DNA of 64,000 nucleotides from Callorhinchus milii. Its lineage: Eukaryota. Made by a program: the position numbers and the translations under genes. The stretch is from assembly GCF_018977255.1 (NCBI RefSeq), contig NW_024704743.1, positions 44,828,001 to 44,892,000 on the forward strand, written 5' to 3'. The notes beneath the pieces are model-generated. The model did no database searches, was not told the DNA's origin, and was given only the letters and a program-made list of their open reading frames with translations. Shown here in pieces: positions 36,951 through 49,645 of the stretch; position 1 is the stretch's first letter; every line of letters starts with the position of its first letter.

Positions 36951-37699
36951 ATTAGTTTAGATTATTAAATAATACTATGCACCAGCATCGTCTTTACATC
37001 TACTAGTTCAACCTAGTTACGGAGTTCATCACACAATAACCAGAACTTGAGGTGCAAATGATTGTCTAACACAGATCATCTCACACTGATCGGCACAGAT
37101 ACACCACATCAGTCGTGTGCCCAAGATTGGAGCCACAATGTCTGCCAATGGCATTGAGCCAAATATTAAAATCATGGCATTGCTGTTTCAAAGAGTCGTT
37201 TTGGCATTTGTGATATACATAAGTTAAATGGCGCACTTAACCCCTGCTCTATGTGTTACTTTTATCTCCAGAGTGAGCAGGCTTTAGAAATGGGAATGTA
37301 AGAAACAATCAAGTTCCCTGTAAGCACAATACTGTAATCTAATACTTGTGCAATTTTATTCATATCAGTTGTTGCATTGTCGTCAGCACAAAGTATTCCA
37401 GAATTTGTTTTTCAAGAAATTACTTACGAGATCAAACAGCAATTTAAAAGTTAATGTGATGTGCTTTGTTTTTCTTTGAATCAATGGAAAATATTTTGGT
37501 TGTTTGTTTTAACCTTGGATTTTCTCCCAAACGTAAATGTTCTTGTTATTTTCTGATCCAGAAAGGCTTCCACTATTTGTACTTAACAAATTCAGTGCAA
37601 TTAGAAAAACAAAGATGCAAGAAGAAAGAATAGTGCATTTGCTAAATCAGTCATTCATTGTTTGCAGTAAAATGGTTACAAGCACAGAGTAAAATTATT

Positions 37700-37960
37700 T
37701 AGGAATATAGGAACAGGAGTTTATAAGATCATGGCTGATCTGTACCTCAACTGCCCTTTACCTCATATTCCTTGATACCCTTAACCTAACAGAATTCTAT
37801 CCACCACAGTCTTGAAAATGTGAATGGATCCACCATTGGAGGAGAGAGTTCCAGATCTCCACAACCCTTTTGTATGAAAACATGCTTCCTGATTTCACTC
37901 CTAAATGGTCTAGCTATAATTTTAGGTCTATGCCCCTTGTTCTGGATTCCACCACAGGAA
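37700..37960 (-). mobile_element. CR1 3' end
   Basis: ATAGGAACAGGAGT, AAGATCATGGCTGATCTG and GAGAGTTCCAGAT. Confidence 0.7.
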
Positions 37961-38382
37961 ATAGTGGTGGGGGAAACAGTGGAATCTTACATTATCCTTA
38001 CACTCAAGTGATCAGTGGAAATCACTTGAGTGGAAAAGCTGAACACAGCTGACAATGTAATGAAATGTATTTGACTGGGACGCACTTCATTATGCAGATT
38101 AAACTTTGACCCCTGCTGTAACTGGTGCTAAACCTAGCAATGATACCTGATGTAGGAATATACAGCCATAGGAACATATAAAACCAGTAAATGAAAAAAT
38201 GCTTGGCAGTCTTAATGGTCTTATCTTCATCCTGAGGAAATGCAATACAGCCCCTCAAGCCTGCTGGTTCCACAAATCATCAAACCCAAGCATTTCATCT
38301 GATGGAAAGTTCAAATTAGATGTTCACTGCTTCCCAAAAGTAATCTGCTGAATATTCATCCATCTTGCCCAAGGCAGGGCCC

Positions 38383-38620
38383 AAGGCAGGGCAAAACCTT
38401 GGGCAAATTTCCTTACTCCATACGTCTGAAATAATCCATCAAGAAAAAACCCACAATAATAATTTGGTCACTCATGTGGGACATTGGTGTGCGCAATTGG
38501 CCTCCGCATTTCGCCCACAAACATACAGTCAATTCACTTTACATTATATACTGTGAAACGCTTTGAGACGTCTTGAAGATGTGAAAAAGCACTATATCAA
38601 ATGTAAGGATTATTATTATC
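38383..38620 (+). mobile_element. tRNA-derived SINE, 5'-truncated
   Basis: GGCAGGGCAAAACCTTGGGCAAATTTCCTTACTCC through to the tail. Confidence 0.85.
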
Positions 38621-38741
38621 TTAATATCTCCACCATTTAACCTACAAAATATACAATCACTACACTTTATCCCACATCCTGCATAGCCAGTGATTATAGT
38701 GTGTTGTGTTTGTTCGCCAACAAAATACTCCACTTTACAAT

Positions 38742-39061
38742 ATAATAATAATAATAATCCTTGCATTTGATATAGCGCTTTTCACGTCGGGAGGACGTCC
38801 CAAAGCGCTTCACAGAACATACTGCAAAGTGAATTGACTGTATATTTGTGGGCGTACGCGGCAGCCAATTGCGCACAGCAATGTCCCACAAACAGTCGTA
38901 GATTGAAAATGACCAATTTATTATTGTTTTTGGTTTTTGAAGGGATTATTATTAGGCGTGTGGAATAAGGAAACTTGCCCAAGGTTTCGCCCTGCCTGGA
39001 ATTGAACTCAGGTCTCTCACTTGCAAAGCGAGTGCTCTAACCACTGAGCTACAGGACTCCA
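38742..39061 (-). mobile_element. tRNA-Ala-derived SINE, short subfamily, full length
   Basis: Head folds as a near-cloverleaf with CTCGC-TTTGCAA-GTGAG anticodon arm (TGC); nearly identical to 19508-19831. Confidence 0.92.
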
Positions 39062-39449
39062 TATATACCATGAAGAACTTTGAGACATCCTCCCAACATG
39101 AAATGCATTATATAAATTGCAAGGAGTTTTAGTATGGTTGATCTGGTACAACATCTGATCAACCTTGGCCTGTTACCCTGATAACATCCCTTGCCTTCCA
39201 AGGCAACACAAAAACCATGTTGACACACCATTGGTAAGTGCAATCAAGATCAGTTAATAACTGAAGGATGTCCATGGATGTAATTCCCCTGACTTCATCA
39301 CAGGAGTTGATACAAAAGCCACCCCACAAAGTCCACTGTTGTGATCATTGATTTCAACCAGTTGATAATTACTACCTTACCTTGACTGTATTTATCAATT
39401 ATGTAATAAATATCACCTCACAAAGCTTACTCCTGTATAACCAGCATTG

Positions 39450-39870
39450 TTCCAGGCAGTCAGAGAAAGTGAAAGTGTCATGCCATGAAATTGGACCGTG
39501 GAGTAAAAGTGATGAGGAGAATGGAATGGTTAATATTGCCAAAGACAGCAGAGAGGTTCAGTAATATGGGAAGAACAATAAGCCTCAGTCAAAATCAAAC
39601 AAACTTTGACTAGGGGCAGCCTCAATACTGTGGCTGGGTTAAAAGCTTGACTGGAGGGCCTTCAACAGGGAATAGAGAGAGTGGCGAGTGTGTAGTTGGG
39701 TGGCAATGATGCCCAGTATCAGTATGTTTTCTTACCTTGGCAATCTAGAGTAAGATAGAGGTAGGATGACCATTTGAGAAGGTAGAAGGGTCAAGGAAGG
39801 GAGGTGATGACAGTAGTTTGAAATGGGAGTGACAATTACTGAGAATAAGGAGTTGACATTTCAACTAACA
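39450..39870 (-). mobile_element. Highly degenerate L2 RT fragment
   Basis: Minus strand reads LNLSAVFGNINH and SHSIEAALVKV. Confidence 0.55.
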
Positions 39871-40099
39871 TGGGGCTATAAATCCACAGCCCTTGGCAGA
39901 TGAGACAATTCATAATCTCTGCTGATCGATGCATTTACCTTGGTGGTATAAGTTTATAATAGAAAAATCCCATTGTATTTGATAAGGTGATTTGATAAAA
40001 CGTTGATAAAACTTGCATATATTGTTCCAACTTCACCAGTGATGTATATAAAAGGCTATAATCGTTTCAGTTTATAGTCAAATCCTTTGAGATATGTCC

Positions 40100-41000
40100 T
40101 AGTATTTCATTAGCCTTTGCAAACAGCTTTACATTGGGAAATGTTCACTGCTCAATCAATAACCACACACAAATTATTTTCTTTTTTCACCTTCAATAAT
40201 GGAAAATCCTTCACAGAGTGTGCGTGTTTGCAGTTTCCTGTTCCAACATGCATTACCTTGCATTTATCCACATTAAAAACCATCTGCCATTCATTATCCC
40301 ATCTGCTTGTTTGGCCCAGATCTTCTTTAGTGTTATTTGCCTTCCTTATATTTGTCATCTGGCCATGAAGTAGATTTTATAATATTACAAATAGTGCTCT
40401 GCTCCAAGTCAGTTATGAATAGTGTGAACAGCAGGGGACGTAGAACAGACCCCTGTGGAACTCCACTAGTTTGGCTCTTTGCCAGAGCCTTTTCCATTTA
40501 TCATCACCTCCTGTCTCTTGTTCTTAAACCTGTTTCCAATTCTGTCAGCTAATTTGCCATTAGTTCCATCAACTTTCTTTATAAGTATCACATATGGAGC
40601 TTTATCAGACGCTTTCTGAAAATCAAGGTACATATATCCCCCAGCCATAAGTTTAGTAATCTTCGAAACAGTTCCAGCAAATCATTGGCACATAAACTCT
40701 TTCTTCAAAACTCATTCTGAGCAATCATCATCGTGGCTGTACTTATTAAATGAATATTGATTACATTGTGTATAATAATCTCAGGCAATTTCCCACTATG
40801 CTGATTCTATGAAGAATAATATGAATGAGTAATGGAAAAAATGTGTGGCAATGGAATTAGAGTAATTAAACCTAATGGATGAGCTAACTTCATCTTTGTC
40901 TTGATAAATTCAATAGCCTTCTTCTATTGTATAATATCTAGAATTCCATGTTAGGCCAACAGATCTATAATTTCCCATTTATGTCTCATTGCTTTTCTGA
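40100..41000 (-). mobile_element. CR1 RT fragment
   Basis: [25 protein letters not shown] and WQMVFNVDKCKVMHVG. Confidence 0.85.
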
Positions 41001-41479
41001 ATGTCAGCATAACATTTCAGCACAGCATACTTTGCTGTGCACAGATTGGCTGTCCCATTGGCCTATAATACACAGTCACTACCTTTAACACTAATTACTG
41101 TGAAAGACGTTGGCATGTTTCAATGTTATAGATGTATATGAAATGCAAACACTATTATTGAGATTTATTATCTGCTGTAAAGCAATGTATCACAATCACA
41201 AACACTCTGAACACTCTGAATATTTGTTATTCTCCTCTTGTTGTGCATTTACCAACTTACAATAACAGAAAATACCTGTTCTAAACGTACACTGGTAGGA
41301 TCAATAAATTTACCAGCAATGGGAGAATAATCCATTGTACTGCATTGAAACATTTTCTTTATCTCGTCACTTGAAAGATCAAAGGAAAATATATCACTTC
41401 CCTGGCAAAGATAACACTATTGGAGCTCCTAAAGATGGCTCTAGCAGTAAAACTGTTGCTTTGCTCTCTGCATGTACAC

Positions 41480-41970
41480 ATGAACAATAACCTGCACTTA
41501 TATACAGTACTGACTTTCACATAGATAAACATCTCAAGGGCTTTAGAGACTGAGTGGGAGCCTAAGTAGAATGAGGAAAAGTAGGTGTCATGGAAATGAC
41601 TGAAAGTCCAGTCAAAGAGATAAGTTTTTAAAAGAACAAGCGGAGAGGACAATTGCAAGGTGCAGTGATTTATAGAGATTTCCAGAGAGGGGGACAGTGA
41701 CTGAAAGCTTGCCCATGGTGAGGTGAAAGGGACTGTGGATGTAGAGCTGCCCAGAGTTGGCAAAGGAAAACAGTATTTTCTACACCTCAAATTTGGCACT
41801 CAGTGGGCCTCTGAGTCATAAGACCTTGACTTGGAAGTTCTTGCTGTCTATTGTCAGCTAAACTAAGGGAGAGGGTACCAAAAGAGTATGGTTAGGATGG
41901 AGGCGAGATCTGGAGAAAGATGCAATTCAGGATTCTGGATCTAGATGAGTTGAGGTTTATGAAGGATGGA
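41480..41970 (-). mobile_element. Old L2 3' region
   Basis: LLKTYLFDWTF; tail AACAATAACCTGCACTTATATA. Confidence 0.55.
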
Positions 41971-43286
41971 ACCTCAAGTGAAATTAAATTGAGTTAGGTT
42001 AATTTGCCCTCAAATGTTGCTTTAGTAAGCTGATGATTTTTCAGAGTAGATGCCTTACTTGTTAAAAGATGACACTCTGTAATTGTAACTGCAGCTGATA
42101 TTCACTTACTTTCAATTTTGCAACGCATTTTCCAGTCCTCACTGCAATATATTTATTTTTAATGATGTTAACATATGCACTATAGTTCTGTGTAAAATAC
42201 AAGCTTTTCATGAGGATGCTTGTGTTACAGAATCAGTAATTTCTGCTTTCGTGAAAGTTCTCTGTGCTGGAAGTTAATTTGCTCTTGACATAAATGATTA
42301 GTGAGTAGGTTTGCCTTATCACATGCTGGGTTTCTGCCTCTGCTGTCAAAGGCACTTGATATCCCCTGTGGTGTAAATGGCAAAGAACTTCATTACTGAC
42401 ATTCATATGCTTCTTTTCTTAATTAAGCCGCAGTAACTTTGAAGTTGCGGTTACTGATTTGCAGCTGATCATGTGGAGTATGTTCTGTATGTAAGCAGAC
42501 ATGAAATTTCCATCTTGTCAACGTTAATAGATTTTGATGTTAGTATAGCTTTGAGTTGAGTCCTGAATGTTTAATGTTCTTCAGCACGTCTGATGTCGAA
42601 CCCACTCTCTTGTGCTTGAAGGGATGTACCTGAAAATACATGACGGAAAATATTTATATATTTAAGATAGCACTGTCGAAAGAGAACAACAAACTAAGGT
42701 ACAAAAGTCTATTGTGCCAAGAACCTTGAATGAAACTGTCTGAACATGAATAATATTTCTATAATGCACTGATGTGGAAAGGGAGTGAAGACCAGTGGGC
42801 CTGTTTTGAGATGAGTGAAGAATGTCGTTCTCGTGAGGTAGTAAGTGACCTTTGATATTTGAATGCAATTGAATGAACTTCACTGAGTGCAGACTTAGAG
42901 GCAAAAAACTATGTAGATACTAATTGTGTACATACAATTAAATGCAAATGAAAGGATAACTATTGTTTTTACACAAGATTATGGGTGAAGTGGGAAAAGC
43001 TTTGGTTGAAGTAGCACAATTTATTCGGATAAAATTAAACTGAAGATCAAACCTTTGCGAATTACGAAAATAGCATTGTTTTAATTATAACATTTCTTGA
43101 AATGTAATAATTATATCAGACAACCAAAATCTAGAATTTTCTGTCTTTTAGATGTGAATGTTGTTTCGATCCATCCACAATAAGGGGCAACATTTATGGT
43201 ATTACTCAATGCATTTCTTGCTTAATTAGTGCAAAGAACATGTTAAGGAAGACTTCAGATTTTCTTCCTGTTCCTTAAGCACTTAC

Positions 43287-43425
43287 CTGCAATCAGTGCA
43301 TTGCTCTGAGGCTCCGATTCCTCTGCAGCTGACTTCTCCCAGTCAAGTGGCTTCATGCCAGAGAAAGAAAAACAGTGTAAATAGACAGTTTCTGATGTAA
43401 GCCAGGAACACAATTGTACGTCCAT
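43287..43425 (-). other. Candidate exon with a perfect CAG/GTAAGT donor
   Basis: Open frame MDVQLCSWLTSETVYLHCFSFSGMKPLDWEKSAAEESEPQSNALIA ends at the donor; unique sequence; no protein recognised. Confidence 0.2.
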
Positions 43426-43609
43426 ACATGGAGCTTTAACTCAGTTATATCCTGAACACAACTGTCATGTGTTTCAGTTATTTGAATGGCTACAATAGAT
43501 TAAATTTTTGACTGTATTAACTAATTTCGATTTTCAGATTTGCTTATAGAATGCTACAAGTACAAGGGTTGGGTTGGCTGGTAGAGGGGAGCATGGCCAT
43601 GGAGGTCTG

Positions 43610-44636
43610 AGGGGCTCGGCAGCCTGCGGTGTGAGACAGTAGCGGAGACGGGCGATGTTACGAAGGTCGGGGAAGGCCGAGCAGGTCATGGCATGGATGT
43701 GGGGCAGAAAGGAGAGTTGAGGGTCAAACAAGATGCCAAGGTTCCGGACTGGCTTAGTAAGGTGGAGTGTGCAACCATGGATGGTGATGCTGTCAAGGCC
43801 TGAGGTGAGGAGGCCCTGACGGGAGCCAATCAGGAGAGCCTCGGTCTTGTTGACATTCAACTGAAGAAAGTTAGCTCTCATCCAGGACTTAATGTATGAC
43901 AGACATTCTGTCAGGACAGCAGTGGTCATGGAGTCAAGGGTGGAGGCAGAGAGATGGAGTTGGGTGTCATCCACATACATGTGGAAGGCGATCCCATGTC
44001 TGCGGATGATGTCATCAAGAGGGAGCATATAGATATTGATACTGACCAAGGATAAAGCCCTGAGTAACGCTGCACAAGACGTTGCGGGGGCTAGAGGAGA
44101 AACCGTTTGTGGAGATGAAGCGGAGATGGTATGAGAGATATGATAATAATAATAATATAGCACCTTATCACGTCTTCAAGATGTCTCAAAGACATCTTTA
44201 CAGTATATTCTCATTCAAGTATATTCTCATTCTCTTTCTCTTTCGAGAATATACTGTGAAGTGAATTGACTGTATATTTTGTGGGTGAATCGTGGCAGCC
44301 AATTGCGCACTCAGTGTTCCACAAAAAATCATGGATTGAAGTGACCAATTTTTTTTTAAAGAATTATCACCTCCAGAAAAGCAATCTGCCAGTCGTCAAA
44401 TAACCATGTTCCTACTTACTGCTAGGTAAACAGAGAGTAGGAAACTTGCCCTACATTTCACCCTTCCGCGAATCGAATCCAGGACTCTCGCTTGCTAGGC
44501 GAGCGCTCGAACCACTGAGCTACATGACTCCACAGGGTATGAACCATTCAAGGACAGAACCATGAAGGTTGAGGTGAGAGAAGAGGCAGTGGAGGAGGAT
44601 AGAATGGTCAATGGTATTGAAGGCAGCAGAGAGGTT
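43610..44636 (-). mobile_element. L2 RT fragment interrupted by a SINE
   Basis: MYVDDTQL motif; L2 sequence resumes at 44535 after the SINE. Confidence 0.88.
44142..44533 (-). mobile_element. tRNA-derived SINE, long subfamily
   Basis: Tail at 44142; head ACCACTGAGCTACATGACTCCAC. Confidence 0.88.
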
Positions 44637-44822
44637 CCACACACAATTATGGATTGAGTGACTGAATTATTATTGTTGTTTTTTTTAAGGATTAATATCC
44701 CCAGAAGAGTGATCAGCCAATCGACTAACAACCGGGTTCCTACTTATTGCTAGGTAAATAGAGGCGTGTGGAGTAAGGACACTTGCCCAACATTTAACCC
44801 TGCTGGGAATAGAACCCAGATC
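44637..44822 (-). mobile_element. tRNA-derived SINE, internal fragment (long subfamily)
   Basis: CCAATCGACTAACAACCGGGTTCCTACTTA...GGAATAGAACCCAG. Confidence 0.85.
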
Positions 44823-44849
44823 TATGAATAAATATCAGATAAATAAAGA

Positions 44850-45250
44850 TGAGGAAGGAAGGAGGTGGAGGGATAGAGGAAGAGGGTTCCAGAGTTTTGG
44901 AGCGTAGTGGCTGAAAGCACGACCACCATTGCTGGAACGGAGGGCACAAAGGACATACCGGAGGCCAGTACCCAGTTGAGTAGAGGAGTAAGCAGGCCAG
45001 GTTCAGGAGTAAGCAGGCCGGAGAGGTAGAAACATGCCAGGGCATTAAGGGATTTGAAAACAAGTGTGAGGATCTTAAAATTGATCCATTCGGTGATAGG
45101 GAGTCAGTGGAGCCTGACTAGAACTGGTGTGATGGTAGTACAGAGTTTTGGATCAGCTGGATTTTGTGGATGGTGGAGTTCATCAAAGGAGGGCATTTGA
45201 ATAGTTGAGGCGAGAGGTGAGGATCACATGGACGAGTGTTTTGGCTATGA
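44850..45250 (-). mobile_element. Old L2 fragment
   Basis: Similar to 34680-34930 (GTTCCAGAGTTTTGG..GTAGTGGCTGAAAGC). Confidence 0.75.
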
Positions 45251-45584
45251 ACTAGAATTATGGTACCAGCTTGTGTGCGTGTGTGTCTTTCTGAATTTGT
45301 AATATAAACTGCTCAGTCAGAGACAAGAGAAGCTGTTTATTTTTGTGGAATGAATGCCCATTAATTCTTTAATTATCCAGTGCCCATGTGACTGTGTCAT
45401 AGAGGTCAATATTGTTAATTCACTGCTATTACTTTAATATCCTGTAGTGTGGCAGATAGTTAATGTACCCAATGGCAGCACTGTTCTCTGCTGTGTTGAT
45501 TTTGTTTGTCAGTGTCCACCAATTCAATCAGTCAAAGAAAGGCAAATACAGTTTCCTGCCAATTTTACATCTGCCTGTTCGGGT

Positions 45585-45810
45585 GGAAGTTAAGGATTTT
45601 TATGACATTATTCAAATGATGAGGGAGGGGTTTCTCCCAGTGTCCTGCCAACAATGATCCCAACAAATTGATCATTTGTTTCATGCCTGTTCGTGGGACC
45701 TCACTGAGTGCAAAATGGCTCCCGTGTTGGCCTACGATAAAGTCATCGTTGAATGAAAAATGCTTTGAGATGTTGCAATATGATACAGTTCTAAAAAAAA
45801 GCAAGTTGCT
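45585..45810 (+). mobile_element. SacSINE1-like 3' part
   Basis: CTGCCTGTTCGGGTGGAAGTTAAGGAT...GCTTTGAGATG. Confidence 0.55.
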
Positions 45811-46394
45811 TTTTCTCCCATCATTTGTGTCCTATCTGATTTTCTTGATATAAAGAATCAGTGATAGGCATAAAGTTACATTTCTTCTAAGTATCTGAAA
45901 TGATACCTTAGAACAATAGAAACTTGCAACATAGTAGGAGGCCATTCAAACCATTATTTTACTTTTTCCTTGAATCATTCAGCATTTTATTACTTTTATT
46001 TTCCAAAATTTTTAACTTAGAAAATAGTTTTGACCCAAAGGAAGTGAATCGAGAGAGGAACATTCATGGCAATACAAAAGCTTCCTTTCCTCCTTTCTGT
46101 GCTGTTTTTTTGCTGTGTTTTGCTATTGGCCTGGAAATGGCCTCAGATAAGCAAGAAAATACTTAAAAACTGAAAGTTTAAAATATTGGGATGGAGGAAG
46201 CTTCTCAGCATTTCTATTGTGCACATAATGGTTGTCTTATTCTCCCAAAAGCTGGTTGTGATCCGATTCTCTTTGACTGAGTTTGCAATGGTGATGATCA
46301 CTGTTGGACAATGGGAAGACATTTGTATATTAAGGCATATAAAGGATCAGTCTTTTCAGTATACACAAATAAATTCACTACACCTCATCCCTAT

Positions 46395-46882
46395 ATAAAA
46401 TTGGTCACTCATTTCATGGCTGTTTGTGGGACATTGCTATGCTCAAATTGGCTGCCACACGTGCTTATAAAATAGTCACTGCAATTCACAGTAAATCCTG
46501 CGGAGCACTTTGAGATTTCTAGACTGCATAATAAGGCACTATATCAAATCCTGCTCGCTCCCTCCGCTCAGCTGGCTCCAGCTGCTTCATGTCCCCTGCC
46601 TCGCTCACCCCACCATTGGTGGGCGGGTCTTCAGCCACTCTGCCCTCATCCTCTGGAACTCCATCCTGCAGTCGCTCTGCCTCACCCCTCCCTTACCTCC
46701 TTCAAGACCCATCTCAAGACCTTCCTCTTCGACCTGTGCTTTCGATCTCCCTGCTTCCCCATCTGCCCTCCACCCTTCCCAATCCCGACCCCCAGTTCGG
46801 GTCCAAAACACTGATTGTCCAGCACCTTGGGACATCCTCCCGACGTGAAAGGTGCTATACAAATGTAATTTTGTTGTTGTTG
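46395..46882 (+). mobile_element. SINE tail (46395-46549) directly followed by an L2 3' end (46550-46882)
   Basis: ...AAGGCACTATATCAAAT/CCTGCTCGCTCCCTCCGC...GGGACATCCTCCCGACGTGAAAGGTGC..(GTT)n. Confidence 0.85.
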
Positions 46883-48019
46883 CAAGAATTATTTTATAAA
46901 TCTCATTAAGAAATATACACTTAAGTAGTTTGAATAAGATTCAAATCATGCCTCGAGCAAGTTGAAACAGGATTTTAAAAGATGCTATCTGGTTAGAATC
47001 TAACAGTGATTAACACTCAAGTTATAGTTCAAATCATTATACTTCTCAAGTACACCAATATTTGGTTGCATTAGTTTTCAAAGTTCTTTTTCAGTATGTT
47101 TTTATTGGGAGAGATGTCTTTGTTTTTATCGCTACAGATAATAGCCCTGCGATTCTGAGTATAGTATTAAATGTTTTATTAGTTGTACATATGTAGGGGT
47201 CTCTATCGAATACTTCTTCACTCTCCTGAGAAATGGTACGTCAAGTGCAATAAAGGAGTTGACAAGACTGCAGTGGAATCAATTTTGCTGGATTCATGGA
47301 ATCTCTCGTGAATCCTTTACTTTTAATCTCAGTTGCTAAAATAATCATTGTGATAATTGTTTTTTGCTGGTCTTTACTTCTTCATTGAGCTGTGTAATTA
47401 GAGTATAAATACTGAATCACACAGACTTCTATTACTTCTCTGAGACTAAGCTATTGAATAGGAGTTTGCATCTGCATCAAATCAAAATAAAGGTAAATGT
47501 TTTTTTAAAAAGAAAATTGGGAACCTTTTAAACAACATCTCTAAAGAAGCTGTTTAAGTGGTTTTACTAGTTGGCAATACAAACCCGATTCCCTCTTCCC
47601 ACAAGATAACTGATGTGCTTTCCTCTGTATTCATCATTTCGGCATCTGTTCTGAGCGATAAATTGAAACAAGACAGATGCATTTCCTGGAACATTATTTA
47701 AAACGCAGTAACAGCCACAATGCTGAATATTTTAACAGCACTTCTTTTTCCCAAGGAGCCTTCATGGTTTCTTTAAAGTTGTTTAGATAATGACTGTTTT
47801 AAAGTGCTTGAGGCTGGTTGCCAGAGAGGTAAAGTACTGTTAGTGATGATTACTGCAAATGCATAGACATGTTAATGTTGGAAAAATAAATGTTTAGGAA
47901 GTTACATCTGGAATCCAATCTTTTAGTCTATTATCTCATTAAAAGGGTTGCCTTGTTTTCTACTTACACCATTAAGCACTTCATATTCATCCTCAGTTTT
48001 CTCTTTGCAGTGTTCTGGA

Positions 48020-48400
48020 ATGTCAGTTTGGCTTAGTGGTCAGCAATCCCACCTCAGGTCAGAAGACAGTGAGTTATAGCTCCCGTGACAGAATTTGGAT
48101 TTATAGTCCAGGCTGATAGTCCATTGCAGAACTGAAAGAGTGCTGCATTGTCAGAAGTGCTGTCCTTTAAATGTGAAACCTAAATTCTATCTGCCTGTTC
48201 TTCAGGTAGATGATAAAGATCTCATGGCACCACTTTAATGAGAAGGGAGTTTCTCCTGGCCAACAATCATTCACCTATTAGCTGTTTATGAGATCTTACT
48301 GTGTGCAACATGGCTACCATTCAAAGACAGTCACTACATTTTACAGTAATTATTATAAAGCGCTTTGAGATGTTTTGACATAATAAGCAGCTATAAAAAT
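48020..48400 (+). mobile_element. Older SacSINE1/DeuSINE-like SINE
   Basis: TGTCAGTTTGGCTTAGTGG head; GTGCTGCATTGTCAGAAGTG body; AAAGCGCTTTGAGATG tail. Confidence 0.6.
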
Positions 48401-48420
48401 GAAAGTTCTTTCTAATAATA

Positions 48421-48660
48421 GATGAGAAATTCCACCTGGGTCTAGATTTATTTTGTTTATGTTGCATTTTAGAGCATCCAGAATTTGGCAAATTGTTGAA
48501 TTCAGTCTTAACTTTTTGAAGCCAGTTTTCTGTGGCTCTTAAATAAATGTAACAGTAAAAAGGCTTCAAAATTAAGGGTGTGTTAAAGAATTTGGCAAAT
48601 TTGGCCTCTGTAAAACATTACATAAATAGAGTAAATCCCAACCCAGGTGGAATTTACCCC
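48421..48660. mobile_element. MITE-like element with ~70-bp imperfect terminal inverted repeats
   Basis: AAATTCCACCTGGGT / ACCCAGGTGGAATTT perfect 15-bp core, extending imperfectly inward. Confidence 0.7.
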
Positions 48661-48967
48661 TGAGAGATGTTTAATTCCATTTCCATTCCATGATGACATG
48701 CTTTATGATTCCTCTGTTTCTATGGGAAAGCATTCCTTGCTCCACTTCACAACATGTATGGACCTCTCTCTATCTCTAGTGTACAATTTTACATTATCTA
48801 TAATGGCACAATTACACTAACTCCAGATATAGCTTGATACTAAATCCAGTTACAATACTATCCCCAGATAAAATGTGTCATTCACTTCATTGCTGTCACG
48901 TTGTGCCGCATTCACCAACAACCACAGTTACTATACATTACAGTATATCCTGTGAAGCACTTTGATA

Positions 48968-49135
48968 TAATAATAATCCCTGCATTCGATATAGCGCCTT
49001 ATCATGTCTTCGAGACGTCTCTAAGCGCTTCACAGAATATACTGTAAAGTATATTTTGTGGGCAAAAAGTGGCAGCCATTTGTGGACAGCAATGTCCCAC
49101 AAATAGTCATGGATTGAATGACTAATATTTTTTAA
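48968..49135 (-). mobile_element. SINE 3' half
   Basis: ATAGCGCCTTATCATGTCTTCGAGACGTCTC. Confidence 0.85.
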
Positions 49136-49189
49136 AAAGAATATCCTCCTTGCTGTGAAAGGTGCCATATCAAATGTAGGTTATTATTA

Positions 49190-49249
49190 CACTCCCTTAT
49201 TGTGTTATTATTATTATTCCACTCCCTTATTGTGTTATTATTATTATTC
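49190..49249. repeat. 30-bp tandem duplication after a SINE tail
   Basis: CACTCCCTTATTGTGTTATTATTATTATTC twice. Confidence 0.9.
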
Positions 49250-49519
49250 AAACCTCTGGAACATTTTTTAACATTAGCTCCCGCGACACATTTTTCACTG
49301 ACGGCAGTTTCAGTAACACACCAGCTCCCAGTCCCATACATACATTTACTTATGCTAGATGACAACAGAACCAGGTGCAACTATTTCACTGTTTCAGGCT
49401 TTAAAAGGTAATTCAATTTATTGAGAAATTTATTGGACTGAAAACACTACAATTACTACCCCTACCTACCAAGTATTCATTTAGCTCCTGTTAAATACAG
49501 TAGCATAAGAGCATCAAGG

Positions 49520-49645
49520 CCACTTTACCCACAAAATGTACAGTAAATTCACTTTTACAGTATATTCTGCAAAGTGATTTGAGACATCTCAATGACATGA
49601 TAAGGTGCTATATCAAATACAAGTATTAGTATTATTATTATTAAA
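49520..49645 (+). mobile_element. SINE tail
   Basis: GAGACATCTCAATGACATGATAAGGTGCTATATCAAAT. Confidence 0.8.

Noticed and set aside
38985..39061. tRNA-Ala(TGC)-like cloverleafs at SINE heads
   Set aside because: Each runs into SINE body and tail; these are SINE heads, not tRNA genes.
39203..39233. 31-nt segment between AAG and GTAAGT
   Set aside because: Acceptor is modest, there are no supporting motifs and no recognisable peptide; compatible with chance.
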